45,990 bases of DNA from NCBI GenBank assembly GCA_050125095.1, contig JASFEA010000006.1:1-45990 (forward strand). The letters are read 5' to 3'. The notes beneath the pieces are model-generated. The model was not told the origin of the DNA and did not search any database. It saw only the letters and a list, made by a program, of their open reading frames with translations. A program made the translations under genes and the position numbers. Origin of the DNA: a bacterium (GTDB taxonomy: Bacteria; Arandabacterota; Arandabacteria; Arandabacterales; JALGWA01). Shown here in pieces: positions 9,709-18,482 of the stretch (positions are counted from its first letter, which is position 1; each line of letters opens with the position of its first letter).

Positions 9709-10350
9709 ATGGCACATCTTAAGAGCGTTTTCCTGGGGCTCCTGGGACTCAAGAAAGACAGGCGGCCTCAGCCGGTATCCAAGCAAGTCGTGGTGGAGAA
9801 CCTGCTCGATGCGCGATCAATCCTCGACTCGCTGGGAATAAGTTTCTGGCTCACCGACGGCACGCTCCTCGGTTATTTCCGCGAGGGGGACTTCATCGAA
9901 CATGACAGGGACGTCGATCTCGGCCTCATGATAGAATCCTACTCCGAAGACATCGTGCCGGCATTCCGGGAGAGAGGATTCGAGGTGAAGTACGTGTTGG
10001 GCGAGAAGAAGCGGGGGCTCGAGCTGTCTTTTGTCAGGAACCGGGTGAATGTCGACCTCTTCTTTTTCTACCGCGAGGGCGACCGCATCTGGCACGCGGG
10101 CTGGGAGGGGATTGACAAGGGAAGAAAGCGCAATCTGATCAAGTACTACTATGAGCCCTTCGACCTGAGGGAAATCGAATTCTACGGTGCGCGTTTCAAT
10201 GTCCCTGCGGACACTCTGAAGTATGTGGAGACGAAATACGGCGAGAGCTGGCGGACGCCCATCAGGGATTGGGACTGGGCCATGGGGCCGGCGAACGCCT
10301 TCCGGACCGACGTCATCCTGAAGAGGAACAGGAAGAAGATAGTCAGGTAG
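9709..10350 (+). CDS. LicD/fukutin-family phospho-ligand transferase
   Basis: FWLTDGTLLGYFREGDFIEHDRDVDLG, VDLFFFY, YVETKYGESWRTP. Confidence 0.85.
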   Translation: MAHLKSVFLGLLGLKKDRRPQPVSKQVVVENLLDARSILDSLGISFWLTDGTLLGYFREGDFIEHDRDVDLGLMIESYSEDIVPAFRERGFEVKYVLGEKKRGLELSFVRNRVNVDLFFFYREGDRIWHAGWEGIDKGRKRNLIKYYYEPFDLREIEFYGARFNVPADTLKYVETKYGESWRTPIRDWDWAMGPANAFRTDVILKRNRKKIVR

Positions 10351-10368
10351 ACGAACGGCACTGCGACA

Positions 10369-11220
10369 ATGAAGATCTCGGTGATCCTGAGCACATATGA
10401 ACGCCCCGACCTGCTTCGATTGGCGCTTCTATGCCTGAACCACCAGAGCCGCCTTCCGGATGAAGTCCTGATAATCGACGACGGCTCGGAAACCGACGTG
10501 GCATCGTCGGTGAGGGAGTATGCAGCGAATCTGGAATTCGGTTCAATCAAGTACATCCGCCAGGAAAACCGGGGATTCAGGCTGGCGAGGAGCAGGAATA
10601 ACGGCATACGCGAGGCTGAGGGGGACTATATCGTCTTCTGGGATCAGGATGTTCTCGCTACCAGGGGTTATCTGAATCTGTATTCGGAGTTCGGGCGCCC
10701 TGGGGAATTCCTGGTGGCTTTCCCCGTGCTTCTGAGTGAGGAGCAATCGGCGCTTGTAACACTTGATGAGGTCGTCCGATGTGATTACCTGAGCCTTCTG
10801 TCGACGGCCCAGCTCAAAGTGGTGCGCCGGCAATACTACAAAGACAGCTTCTATTACCATATGGGCAAGTTATTGCCATGCAGGCGATACAGACCCAAGG
10901 TGCGTGGCGGGTATTTCGGTCTTGCGCGCGACGACCTCCTCAGGGTTGACGGGTTCGACGAGAACTACAGGGGCTGGGGAGCGGAGGACGACGACCTGGG
11001 GCGCAGGCTCTATCGCGCCGGGGTAGTGGGCAGGACGGTGTTCCGCCACGAGTTTCCTTTACATCTCTGGCACCCTCATGAGACCGCTGCTCAGGACAGC
11101 CCGAACCTCCCATACTACACCCGCAGGCTCGGAGAAATCGCCCGTGGCGACTACAGGGCCGTGAACGGCATCTCGAATCCTCTGGATAACGACGCGCCCA
11201 CCGTGGAGCGGATCAAGTAA
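10369..11220 (+). CDS. Glycosyltransferase family 2 with galactosyltransferase-like C-terminal domain
   Basis: ISVILSTYERP, IIDDGS, ARSRNNG, FWDQD, GFDENYRGWGAEDDDL, HLWH. Confidence 0.9.
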   Translation: MKISVILSTYERPDLLRLALLCLNHQSRLPDEVLIIDDGSETDVASSVREYAANLEFGSIKYIRQENRGFRLARSRNNGIREAEGDYIVFWDQDVLATRGYLNLYSEFGRPGEFLVAFPVLLSEEQSALVTLDEVVRCDYLSLLSTAQLKVVRRQYYKDSFYYHMGKLLPCRRYRPKVRGGYFGLARDDLLRVDGFDENYRGWGAEDDDLGRRLYRAGVVGRTVFRHEFPLHLWHPHETAAQDSPNLPYYTRRLGEIARGDYRAVNGISNPLDNDAPTVERIK

Positions 11221-11236
11221 GAGATTGAGAATCCCG

Positions 11237-12370
11237 TCATGCTATTCGGTTAAGCATGTCCGTGAGGGACTCCCGGGTTAGCAGTCTGGGATTGTTCTTC
11301 ACCCGGTCCGGATTGAACCCGTTCTCGACGATCACCGATATGTCCTCCTTATTGATTCCGAGGTCGCGAAGGCGAGTCTCGAGATGGATTCGCCCCATCA
11401 GGCCGGTCAATGTCTCCGCGGCTTCCCCGGGGTCGGAGACCCCTATCAGCGAGACCAGTTTATCAAGGGTTTTCTTGACGTATGCCAGACCTCTCTTGTC
11501 CAATACGTCATCCTCGGTTGCGCGTGAATTATAAACGAGCATGGACGGCAGCGTAAGGCCCACCGCGTGTCCGTGCGCAACCCCGAAATATGAAGTTATG
11601 GGATATGATACGGCGTGGCTTGCCGATGTCTTGGAGATGTTAATGGCCTTGCCTGCGAGATGAGCTGCCCGCGCCATGGCTTCCCTTGCCATTTCAGATG
11701 GGGCGTTCACCGCTTCCTCAAGGTTGTCCATGGCGAGTCGAATACCCTCCGCGGCGTAGTATGTCGATTCCTCGGTGGAGTTTACACTCCAGTATGACTC
11801 AATGGCCTGGCACAGCGCATCCATGCCCGTCACCGAAGTTACGGCGGGAGGGAGGCTCATTGTAAGCACCGGGTCTACTATGGCGGATGCCGGGAGCATT
11901 GACTCATGCTCCAGTGAGTACTTGGTCTTCTCCATGTAAACCACGGCGAAACACGTGGCTTCGCTTCCGGAACCCGCTGTCGTCGGTATCGCGATTAGGG
12001 GCTTGCCGGCCTTTCGCATCTCCTCGCGCTTAAGCACGTATGACCGAGGCTCTCCCTGTTGGGCTGCGAGTACGTTGACGGACTTGGCCATGTCGATTAC
12101 GCTTCCCCCGCCTACCGCGAGGACAAGATCGCAACCCGAGTCCATGAGACGGACAACGCCTCTTTCGATGTCCCCAATCTCCGGGTTCGTTGAGAAGTCG
12201 GAGAACGCGGTGTGTTCAATCCGTCCAAGGAGTGGCTCCAGCAAGCCTCTGGCGCCTGAGGTATCATAGGAATCCCCGCCCCTAACCAGGAAGATGCGGG
12301 AAGGTGAATGAACCCGCAGAACGTCGGGCAGAGCCTCAATCGCGCCTTTACCGACGTATTCGGTCTGCAC
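11237..12370 (-). CDS. Iron-containing alcohol dehydrogenase, putative phosphonoacetaldehyde reductase (makes 2-HEP)
   Basis: AVGGGSVIDMAK, AIPTTAGSGSE, DALCQAIESYWS, HAVSYPIT...HGHA, RVKNNP; directly downstream of ppd. Likely GTG start 12370 (alternative 12391). Confidence 0.85.
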   Translation of the reverse strand: MQTEYVGKGAIEALPDVLRVHSPSRIFLVRGGDSYDTSGARGLLEPLLGRIEHTAFSDFSTNPEIGDIERGVVRLMDSGCDLVLAVGGGSVIDMAKSVNVLAAQQGEPRSYVLKREEMRKAGKPLIAIPTTAGSGSEATCFAVVYMEKTKYSLEHESMLPASAIVDPVLTMSLPPAVTSVTGMDALCQAIESYWSVNSTEESTYYAAEGIRLAMDNLEEAVNAPSEMAREAMARAAHLAGKAINISKTSASHAVSYPITSYFGVAHGHAVGLTLPSMLVYNSRATEDDVLDKRGLAYVKKTLDKLVSLIGVSDPGEAAETLTGLMGRIHLETRLRDLGINKEDISVIVENGFNPDRVKNNPRLLTRESLTDMLNRIA

Positions 12371-13502
12371 CGTCGCCCCCCTGGAGGTCACTCATGAAAG
12401 CCTCTTTGTTCTCGATCGGGGTGGTTGTCGGCCTGCCGAGGTCTTTCCGGGCGCCTTTCTTGACCCTGACAATCAGCATGCGCGGCCCGTCGGCTGAGAG
12501 CATCTCTCTACAGGCCCGATCCAAATCCTCTCGATTTTCCACGGTTGCCGCGCCCCTGTAGTTGTTCGCAAGGGCGAGGCGCTCGAAGCTGACAGTCGGC
12601 GAGGTTGTCGGCTGTCCGCCCGTTGAGTCGTAAGAATGATTATCGAATACCACATGATAGAGGTTCGGCGGCAGGTAATGCCCGATGGTCGACAGGGCCC
12701 CTTCCTGCATTATGACCGCTCCGTCGCCGTCCAGCACGACGGCTCTTCTGTTCTCTTTCCCGAGCGCCAGTCCAAGCGCTATCGACGCCGAGCAGCCCAT
12801 GGAGCCCACCGTGAGAAAATCCGATTGATGGCCCTGGCCCCTCGACTCGCGGTATTCGAATACCTCTCTCGACGTCTTCCCGGTGGTCGATACTATGAGT
12901 TCATCGCCGCGCAGGTTGTCGAGGAGCACCGTGATAGCCTCCTCTCTCGTCATCGTGCACTTGCGCTTATCGATTGTGGTCGAATCGTAATGCTCAAACG
13001 TGTCCCTCTTTACTATGAGCGCGTATGGTGTCTTTCGCTCGAGGGCGCATGACACGGCTTCCTTAATCAGCCCGGCCGCTTCTCCCGAGTCTCGGGGTAG
13101 GTGGGCATACGGGACTTCCAGCACTTCGAGCAGGGGAAGCGTTATCCTGCCCATCTTCCTGTGCTGGGGCTCGTCCTTCTTCCCGGGCTCGCCTCTCCAA
13201 CCGATCATCAGCACCATGGGGATTGAGTAGACTTCGGGGTCGGCGAGCGATGTCAGAGGATTCACGGCCTTTCCAAGGCCGGCGTTCTGCATGTAGACCA
13301 CGGCGAGGCTGCCGGTGGCGAGATAACGGCCCGCGGCTATTGCCACGGCCTCGCATTCATTGCAGGCGATGATGTTGTGTAGACCCCTGCCGTGGTTGTC
13401 GGCCAGAAACCTCATCCAGTCATTGAAAGTGCTGTCGGGCACGCCCGTGAAGAAGGTCAGGCCCTTCTTTTTCAGTATACCCCAGAGGTCTTCGCATTTC
13501 AT
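12348..13502 (-). CDS. aepY: Phosphonopyruvate decarboxylase (ThDP-dependent)
   Basis: [52 protein letters not shown] ThDP motif, [12 protein letters not shown] overlap with the pepM stop. Confidence 0.93.
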   Translation of the reverse strand: MKCEDLWGILKKKGLTFFTGVPDSTFNDWMRFLADNHGRGLHNIIACNECEAVAIAAGRYLATGSLAVVYMQNAGLGKAVNPLTSLADPEVYSIPMVLMIGWRGEPGKKDEPQHRKMGRITLPLLEVLEVPYAHLPRDSGEAAGLIKEAVSCALERKTPYALIVKRDTFEHYDSTTIDKRKCTMTREEAITVLLDNLRGDELIVSTTGKTSREVFEYRESRGQGHQSDFLTVGSMGCSASIALGLALGKENRRAVVLDGDGAVIMQEGALSTIGHYLPPNLYHVVFDNHSYDSTGGQPTTSPTVSFERLALANNYRGAATVENREDLDRACREMLSADGPRMLIVRVKKGARKDLGRPTTTPIENKEAFMSDLQGGDGADRIRR

Positions 13503-14800
13503 TCGCCCGCTCCAGGTATGAGTGTGAGTATGTCGGCAATGGGCAGACACTCCTGGCCGGCCTCCAGACATCGGTGGTGCTTGAGTATGCTCTCGGCAGT
13601 TCTCACCATGGCCGGGTAGGCGCTTCTAAGGAGGTGATTGGCGTAGATGACTATGTTCACGCCGGCCTCCATGAGCTCCTCCTCGGTTATTGCGCAATAG
13701 GTCGAAGGAACCGCCACAAGGGGGACTCGGAGAGCCAGCTTGCGGTATTCTGCCGCGAACTCGAGAATCTCCCCTGGATCCTTCTCTCTGCTGTGTATCA
13801 TGATTCCGTCAGCGCCGGCATCAATGTATGAGCGCGCCCGCATGAGCGCGTCATCCAGGCCCTTCTTGAGTATAAAACTCTCGATTCTGGCGATGATCAT
13901 GAAGTCCTCGGTGACCTGTGCTCTCTTGCCGCTCAGGACTTTCTCACTGAACGCATCTACATCGTCTTGTGTCTGCCTGACATCGGTCCCGAAAAGGGAG
14001 TTCCGCTTGGGGCCGGTCTTGTCCTCGATGATAACGGCCGAGACTCCGTGACGCTCGAGCGACTTGACCAGGAAAACGAAATTCTCCGTAAGCCCGCCAT
14101 TGTCTGCGTCAACCACTATGGGCTTGGTGGAGATGTCGACGATCTGCTCTATCGTCGCAAGCCGGGACGTGAAGTCCACCGCCCCGGTATCCGGTTTGCC
14201 TTTCGCAGCCGAGTCCGTGAGGCTGCTCACCCACATGCCGTCGAACTCCCTCGCCGTATCGCCCTCGACAATCCTGGTCTTTTCCACTATGCGGGCTGTC
14301 AGACCGTTGTGCACTTCGAGTATCCGCACTATGGGCTTCAGTTCCAGCAGCCTGCGGAGCTTCTTGCGCCTCAGGTCGGGCGTGGTTCCTATTTGCAAAG
14401 CGTCTCTGATGAGCTGCGTTGACGACACCCCTTCGGTATACTCGGGCTCGACGAGCTTGCCGCCCCATCTCTTGAGGGCCTCTATTACGCGGGCGCGCGT
14501 CTGCTGCTGGACACCCGTCTTCCAGTCGCTGCCATGGACAACGTAGTCGGGCTTGACCTTGAGGAGATTGGGCACATAGTCCAGCGTATCCTGGGGTATC
14601 ACGCTTGAGACGCCTTTCATACCCTCGATTATGGCCTTCCTGTGCTCGTAGGACAGCAGGGGGACCCGCTTGTAGCTCGCTATGGCCTCATCGGTCAGCA
14701 GACCTACGGTTACGTCCCCCAGCTTGCTTGCCTCTCTGATTATGTTGATGTGGCCGTGATGTACGAGATCTGCGCACATGCCGACGTATACTCTGGCCAC
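13499..14800 (-). CDS. pepM: Phosphoenolpyruvate mutase with N-terminal cytidylyltransferase domain
   Basis: PepM signature [31 protein letters not shown]-terminal DLVHHGH (HxGH) domain; AAAGGAGG RBS, GTG start. Confidence 0.95.
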   Translation of the reverse strand: MARVYVGMCADLVHHGHINIIREASKLGDVTVGLLTDEAIASYKRVPLLSYEHRKAIIEGMKGVSSVIPQDTLDYVPNLLKVKPDYVVHGSDWKTGVQQQTRARVIEALKRWGGKLVEPEYTEGVSSTQLIRDALQIGTTPDLRRKKLRRLLELKPIVRILEVHNGLTARIVEKTRIVEGDTAREFDGMWVSSLTDSAAKGKPDTGAVDFTSRLATIEQIVDISTKPIVVDADNGGLTENFVFLVKSLERHGVSAVIIEDKTGPKRNSLFGTDVRQTQDDVDAFSEKVLSGKRAQVTEDFMIIARIESFILKKGLDDALMRARSYIDAGADGIMIHSREKDPGEILEFAAEYRKLALRVPLVAVPSTYCAITEEELMEAGVNIVIYANHLLRSAYPAMVRTAESILKHHRCLEAGQECLPIADILTLIPGAGE

Positions 14801-15344
14801 TCTCGTTCCCTCCTTTCGTATATATCCTGCGGATCTTGCCTACTATGTTTTCCGTCGACAGCTTCTCATAGAAGGGGGGTTGTACTATCTCGCCGCCTAT
14901 TTTCTTTACATAGGCCTCTCCCGGTACCCTCTTCCAGTTGGAACCGTAGACCAGTATCACCTTGACGTTGCCGAACTGCTTTCTGATGCGCCTGAGGTTA
15001 GCCGTCGGGTCAAGCTCCTTCTGCGTGATTACCATGTCGACACATCTCAGGGCCGACACTATTGCCATCCTCTCCCTGAATCCACAGACGGGCTCCTCCT
15101 TATAGGATTTGATTGCGTCATCCGTCAGAACGCCGCAGATATGAAAGTCACCCAGCTCGTTGGCGCTCTCAAGCAGCCTGAGGTACCCGTAATGGAAAAG
15201 ATCCGCGGTGACCGCAGTATATACGACCGTTTTGGTCTTCTCCTTCTCAATGCTGACTATGTCGCCTTCTCTGATACCTGAGTTCTTGGGAATTGTCACG
15301 CACAACTGGCCGTTTGACTTGTTGGCCCATACCACCTTTTTCAT
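14688..15344 (-). CDS. Cytidylyltransferase-like protein with N-terminal AbrB/MazE-like segment
   Basis: Residues ~1-35 [23 protein letters not shown]; then [38 protein letters not shown]; low-complexity tail overlaps pepM by 113 nt. Confidence 0.8.
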   Translation of the reverse strand: MKKVVWANKSNGQLCVTIPKNSGIREGDIVSIEKEKTKTVVYTAVTADLFHYGYLRLLESANELGDFHICGVLTDDAIKSYKEEPVCGFRERMAIVSALRCVDMVITQKELDPTANLRRIRKQFGNVKVILVYGSNWKRVPGEAYVKKIGGEIVQPPFYEKLSTENIVGKIRRIYTKGGNESGQSIRRHVRRSRTSRPHQHNQRGKQAGGRNRRSADR

Positions 15345-15358
15345 CGTATTCCCCCCCG

Positions 15359-15391
15359 TTGATATTTACTAGTATTACTAGTAAATGTCAA
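15359..15391 (-). promoter_or_regulatory. Phosphonate operon promoter overlapped by a 33-bp palindrome (putative operator)
   Basis: Minus strand reads TTGACATTTACTAGTA-A-TACTAGTAAATATCAA: 16-1-16 inverted repeat with one mismatch, beginning with a perfect TTGACA; ends 14 nt upstream of the ATG. Confidence 0.7.
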
Positions 15392-15475
15392 GAACCTCCT
15401 GGCGCCGAGTTCCGGAGGCTCTTGATGGCCGTATGGGGCCTATGGGAAACCTCGCCGAGATCGACTTCGATGGAC

Positions 15476-15511
15476 TGTGCATTCCGAGACCTGACCCCAT
15501 GACCTGACCCC
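15476..15511. repeat. GACCTGACCCC repeat, two tandem copies; part of a dispersed 24-nt repeat
   Basis: Copies at 15488-15498 and 15501-15511; 15476-15499 matches 35205-35228 at 22/24 nt. Confidence 0.7.
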
Positions 15512-15545
15512 AAGCGGCTTTTTGTTTTGTGTGGCGGGAATTTCC

Positions 15546-15554
15546 TGTTATACT
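15546..15554 (+). promoter_or_regulatory. Extended -10 promoter candidate for the SMR-udk-ubiA-ispE unit
   Basis: TGtTATACT upstream of a GGAGG RBS and ATG 15591. Confidence 0.5.
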
Positions 15555-15590
15555 ACCCCGAAATCGAAACGGCCAGAGGAGGCTTATCGT

Positions 15591-15992
15591 ATGCTGAAGA
15601 ACTTCGCGCTGCTTCTTTTCAGCGTAGTGCTCGGGGTGCTGGGGCAGCTCTCGCTCAAACGCGGGGTAATGATGGTCTCCTCGGGTGCGTCATCGGGCAT
15701 CACGCGTTCCCTGGGCATCAAGTCCATCACGAGCTTTCTGGGAAGCGCCGTCGGCAATTACTACGTGCTGCTCGGCTTCCTGCTCTACTTCATAAGCGCC
15801 ATGTCGTGGTTAATCATTCTCTCCAGGGTCAACCTGAGCATAGCGTATCCCATGATCAGCGTCGGATACATAGTCATCGTGCTGGTATCCAAGTACTTCC
15901 TCCATGAGGAGGTCACGGCGCTCGCCATACTGGGGACGCTGCTCATATGTTTCGGCGTTTTCCTTATCCTGAGGTCAATGCCCAGTGGCTAG
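15591..15992 (+). CDS. SMR/EamA-like small membrane transporter (ArnE/F flippase-like)
   Basis: Four hydrophobic helices, [28 protein letters not shown]. Confidence 0.8.
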   Translation: MLKNFALLLFSVVLGVLGQLSLKRGVMMVSSGASSGITRSLGIKSITSFLGSAVGNYYVLLGFLLYFISAMSWLIILSRVNLSIAYPMISVGYIVIVLVSKYFLHEEVTALAILGTLLICFGVFLILRSMPSG

Positions 15993-15993
15993 G

Positions 15994-16644
15994 ATGGAAC
16001 CTGTCATAATCGGCCTGGCCGGGGGAACGGGATCGGGCAAGACGACGGTCGCGGTCAACGTCAAGTCGCGCTTCAGCGCGAAGAACGTGCTTATACTGCC
16101 GCACGACTCCTATTACCGTGACCGCTCGGACCTGCCATTCGAAGAGCGCGAGAAGCTCAATTACGACCACCCGTCGGCTTTCGAGAACGAGCTCCTCATC
16201 GATCATCTCAGGAAGCTCCGGAACTGGGAGACCATCAGGCGGCCCAAGTACGATTACAAGACCCACTCCCGATGCGAGGAGACGCTGAGGGTGGAGCCCG
16301 CTGAGATAGTGCTCCTCGAGGGCATTCTGGTTCTTGAGGACGAGGAGCTCCGGTCGCTCATGGACATCAAGATATACATAGACGCGGATTCCGACGAGAG
16401 GTTCATCAGGCGGCTCCTCCGGGACATGAAGGAGCGCAAGCGCTCCGCGGACTCGGTCATAGAGCAGTACGTCGCCACGGTCAGGCCCATGCACCTTCAG
16501 TTCGTGGAACCGAGCAAGCGCTACGCCGATATAATAGTCCCGGAGGGCGGGCACAACGCGGTGGCCATAGATCTCCTGGTAAGCAAGATACGGGACGTCC
16601 TCAGGAACTCGGACGGCGGCCATGAGGGAGTCGTGAATGGGTAA
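15994..16644 (+). CDS. udk: Uridine kinase
   Basis: [43 protein letters not shown]. Confidence 0.95.
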   Translation: MEPVIIGLAGGTGSGKTTVAVNVKSRFSAKNVLILPHDSYYRDRSDLPFEEREKLNYDHPSAFENELLIDHLRKLRNWETIRRPKYDYKTHSRCEETLRVEPAEIVLLEGILVLEDEELRSLMDIKIYIDADSDERFIRRLLRDMKERKRSADSVIEQYVATVRPMHLQFVEPSKRYADIIVPEGGHNAVAIDLLVSKIRDVLRNSDGGHEGVVNG

Positions 16645-17530
16645 AGCCGGCTATTACATAAGATCCATGAGGCCGCTCCAGTGGAGCAAGAACCTGGTCG
16701 TGCTTGCAGCCCTCATGTTTTCCCGCAATCTCTTCAACCCGGAGATGGCGTTGAGGAGCCTTGAGGCCTTCGGCGTCTTCTGCCTGCTCTCGGCGTCGAT
16801 TTATATCTTCAACGATGTCCGTGACTACGAGAGGGACCGCGTGCACCCGGTGAAATCCGGTCGGCCCATTGCCAGCGGCAGCATCCCGCGGTCGGGCGCG
16901 CTCATCTTCGGCGTCCTCCTGGGGCTGGGCGGGCTGGTGCTTGCGAGCCTGCTGGGAACGGGCTTCTTCAGGGCGGGCCTGGTCTATTACTTCCTCATGA
17001 TTGTCTACTCGCTGGGTCTTAAGAATGCCGTCGTTCTGGACGTGCTTATAATATCGATAGGCTTCGTGCTGCGGGCGATTGCGGGCGTGGAGGTTCTCAA
17101 GGCCATCCAGCCCGGCGTGCTGATTTCGCCGTGGCTGCTCGTATGCACGCTTTTCCTCGCGCTTTTCTTAGGCTTCAACAAGCGCCGGCACGAGGTCACG
17201 CTGCTTTCGGAGGAGGCCGCCAGGCACAGGAAGAGCCTCGACGATTACACGGTCGAGTTTCTGGACGCCGTGATCGCGGTCGTGACGGCCGCGACGGTCA
17301 TCGCCTACTCCATATACACCATCTGGCCGGCAACGGTCGCCAAGTTCAATACGGCCGGCCTGATCTACACGGTGCCGTTCGTAGTCTACGGTCTCTTCAG
17401 ATATATGCACCTCGTAATAGTGAAGCACAGGGGAGGAAGCCCCTCCGAGATACTGGCCTCGGACGTACCGCTGGTCGTGGACATCATTCTCTGGCTCGTC
17501 GTCGCGGGCCTGGTCCTTTACACTTCTTGA
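16637..17530 (+). CDS. UbiA-family prenyltransferase, decaprenyl-phosphate phosphoribosyltransferase-like
   Basis: [50 protein letters not shown]; multiple TM helices. Confidence 0.85.
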   Translation: MGKAGYYIRSMRPLQWSKNLVVLAALMFSRNLFNPEMALRSLEAFGVFCLLSASIYIFNDVRDYERDRVHPVKSGRPIASGSIPRSGALIFGVLLGLGGLVLASLLGTGFFRAGLVYYFLMIVYSLGLKNAVVLDVLIISIGFVLRAIAGVEVLKAIQPGVLISPWLLVCTLFLALFLGFNKRRHEVTLLSEEAARHRKSLDDYTVEFLDAVIAVVTAATVIAYSIYTIWPATVAKFNTAGLIYTVPFVVYGLFRYMHLVIVKHRGGSPSEILASDVPLVVDIILWLVVAGLVLYTS

Positions 17531-17538
17531 CTCCGGCC

Positions 17539-18414
17539 ATGAGCGATCAAGACTGCCTCAAGCTTCGCTGTAACGCCAAGGTGAACCTGTACCTCGACGT
17601 TCTGGGGCGGCGGCCGGATGGTTACCACGACATAGAGACGGTGTTCCACACCATCTCGATATCCGACTCCCTGACAGTGACCCGGCGCGAGAGCGGTTTC
17701 ACGCTTTCCGCCGGGAGCGCCGATGTCCCGCGGGACGAGTCCAATCTGGCCCTGCTGGCGGCGAAGCGGTTGCTGGGAGAGGGCCGCGGGGGAGTGCATA
17801 TCGACCTTGAGAAGCGCATACCGGTAAGCGCGGGTCTCGGGGGCGGCAGCGCAGACGCCGCGGCGAGCATGGTGGCGGTCAACCGCATATTCGGGCTCGG
17901 GCTTACCGATGAGGACCTTCTCGAAGCCGCCTCGGAGATTGGCTCCGACGTACCCTTCCTTCTCAAGGGAGGATGCGCCCTGGGGAGGGGGCGGGGGGAG
18001 AACCTGACTGAAATGAACTGCCTGCCGCCGCTTTGTGTGGTTGTGGTGGCGCCCCCTCTGGAAGTGAGCACGAGGTGGGCTTACGAGTCTCTTAGAACGG
18101 GGTTGACAAGCCGGGGCGGTCGGAGTAGAATCAACACGAATGCTCTAGATAGGGCTGTGAAGTCGCTTAATTTATTATTGTACAACAGGTTCGAAGAGCT
18201 TGTTTTTGAAAGGTATCCCCTGGTCGGTAGGATCAAGGAGGGTCTTTTGGAGGCGGGAGCCGCAGGGGCCCTCATGACGGGTTCCGGGCCCGCCGTCTTC
18301 GGGATCTTTGAAAAGGAAGGTGATGCGGCGGAGATTATCGCGCGTTTTAAGGACGAGGGCTTGAGCGTGTACTGCTCGAGTTTCGAAGAATCTGGCGTGA
18401 GCACCTGTTCGTGA
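17539..18414 (+). CDS. ispE: 4-diphosphocytidyl-2-C-methyl-D-erythritol kinase
   Basis: AKVNLYL..GRRPDGYH, KRIPVSAGLGGGSADAA, IGSDVPF, MTGSGPAVF; start ATG 17539. Confidence 0.95.
   Translation: MSDQDCLKLRCNAKVNLYLDVLGRRPDGYHDIETVFHTISISDSLTVTRRESGFTLSAGSADVPRDESNLALLAAKRLLGEGRGGVHIDLEKRIPVSAGLGGGSADAAASMVAVNRIFGLGLTDEDLLEAASEIGSDVPFLLKGGCALGRGRGENLTEMNCLPPLCVVVVAPPLEVSTRWAYESLRTGLTSRGGRSRINTNALDRAVKSLNLLLYNRFEELVFERYPLVGRIKEGLLEAGAAGALMTGSGPAVFGIFEKEGDAAEIIARFKDEGLSVYCSSFEESGVSTCS
18103..18131 (+). promoter_or_regulatory. Near-consensus sigma70 promoter inside ispE
   Basis: TTGACA(18103-18108)-17 nt-TAGAAT(18126-18131). Confidence 0.7.
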
Positions 18415-18482
18415 GGCGGGACTTAACCCGATGCTAATGTGTCTTTGGAGTTGATTTTCGGGGAGAGGAGGCCTGAGGCAGC

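Noticed and set aside
11237-12370. Fe-ADH as glycerol-1-phosphate dehydrogenase
   Set aside because: Same superfamily, but the PTTAGSGSE motif and coupling to ppd point to phosphonoacetaldehyde reductase
11237-15344. Phosphonate antibiotic (fosfomycin-like) cluster
   Set aside because: No radical-SAM methyltransferase, epoxidase, resistance kinase or exporter; the neighbours are glycan genes
15240-15344. Toxin-antitoxin module
   Set aside because: The AbrB-like segment is fused in frame to a nucleotidyltransferase domain, and there is no adjacent PIN or MazF toxin
15293-15502. 69-aa ORF in the intergenic region
   Set aside because: It spans the promoter palindrome and repeats; its DLTP ending is just the translated repeat
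15488-15511. CRISPR array
   Set aside because: Only two 11-nt copies with a 2-nt gap; no spacers and no cas genes
16637-17530. UbiA protein as the missing DGGGP synthase of the ether-lipid pathway
   Set aside because: RPxQWxKN, GFVLRAxAG and KRRxE fit the polyprenyl-phosphate phosphoribosyltransferase clade, and it lies about 10 kb from GGGPS; a phylogeny is needed to exclude it fully
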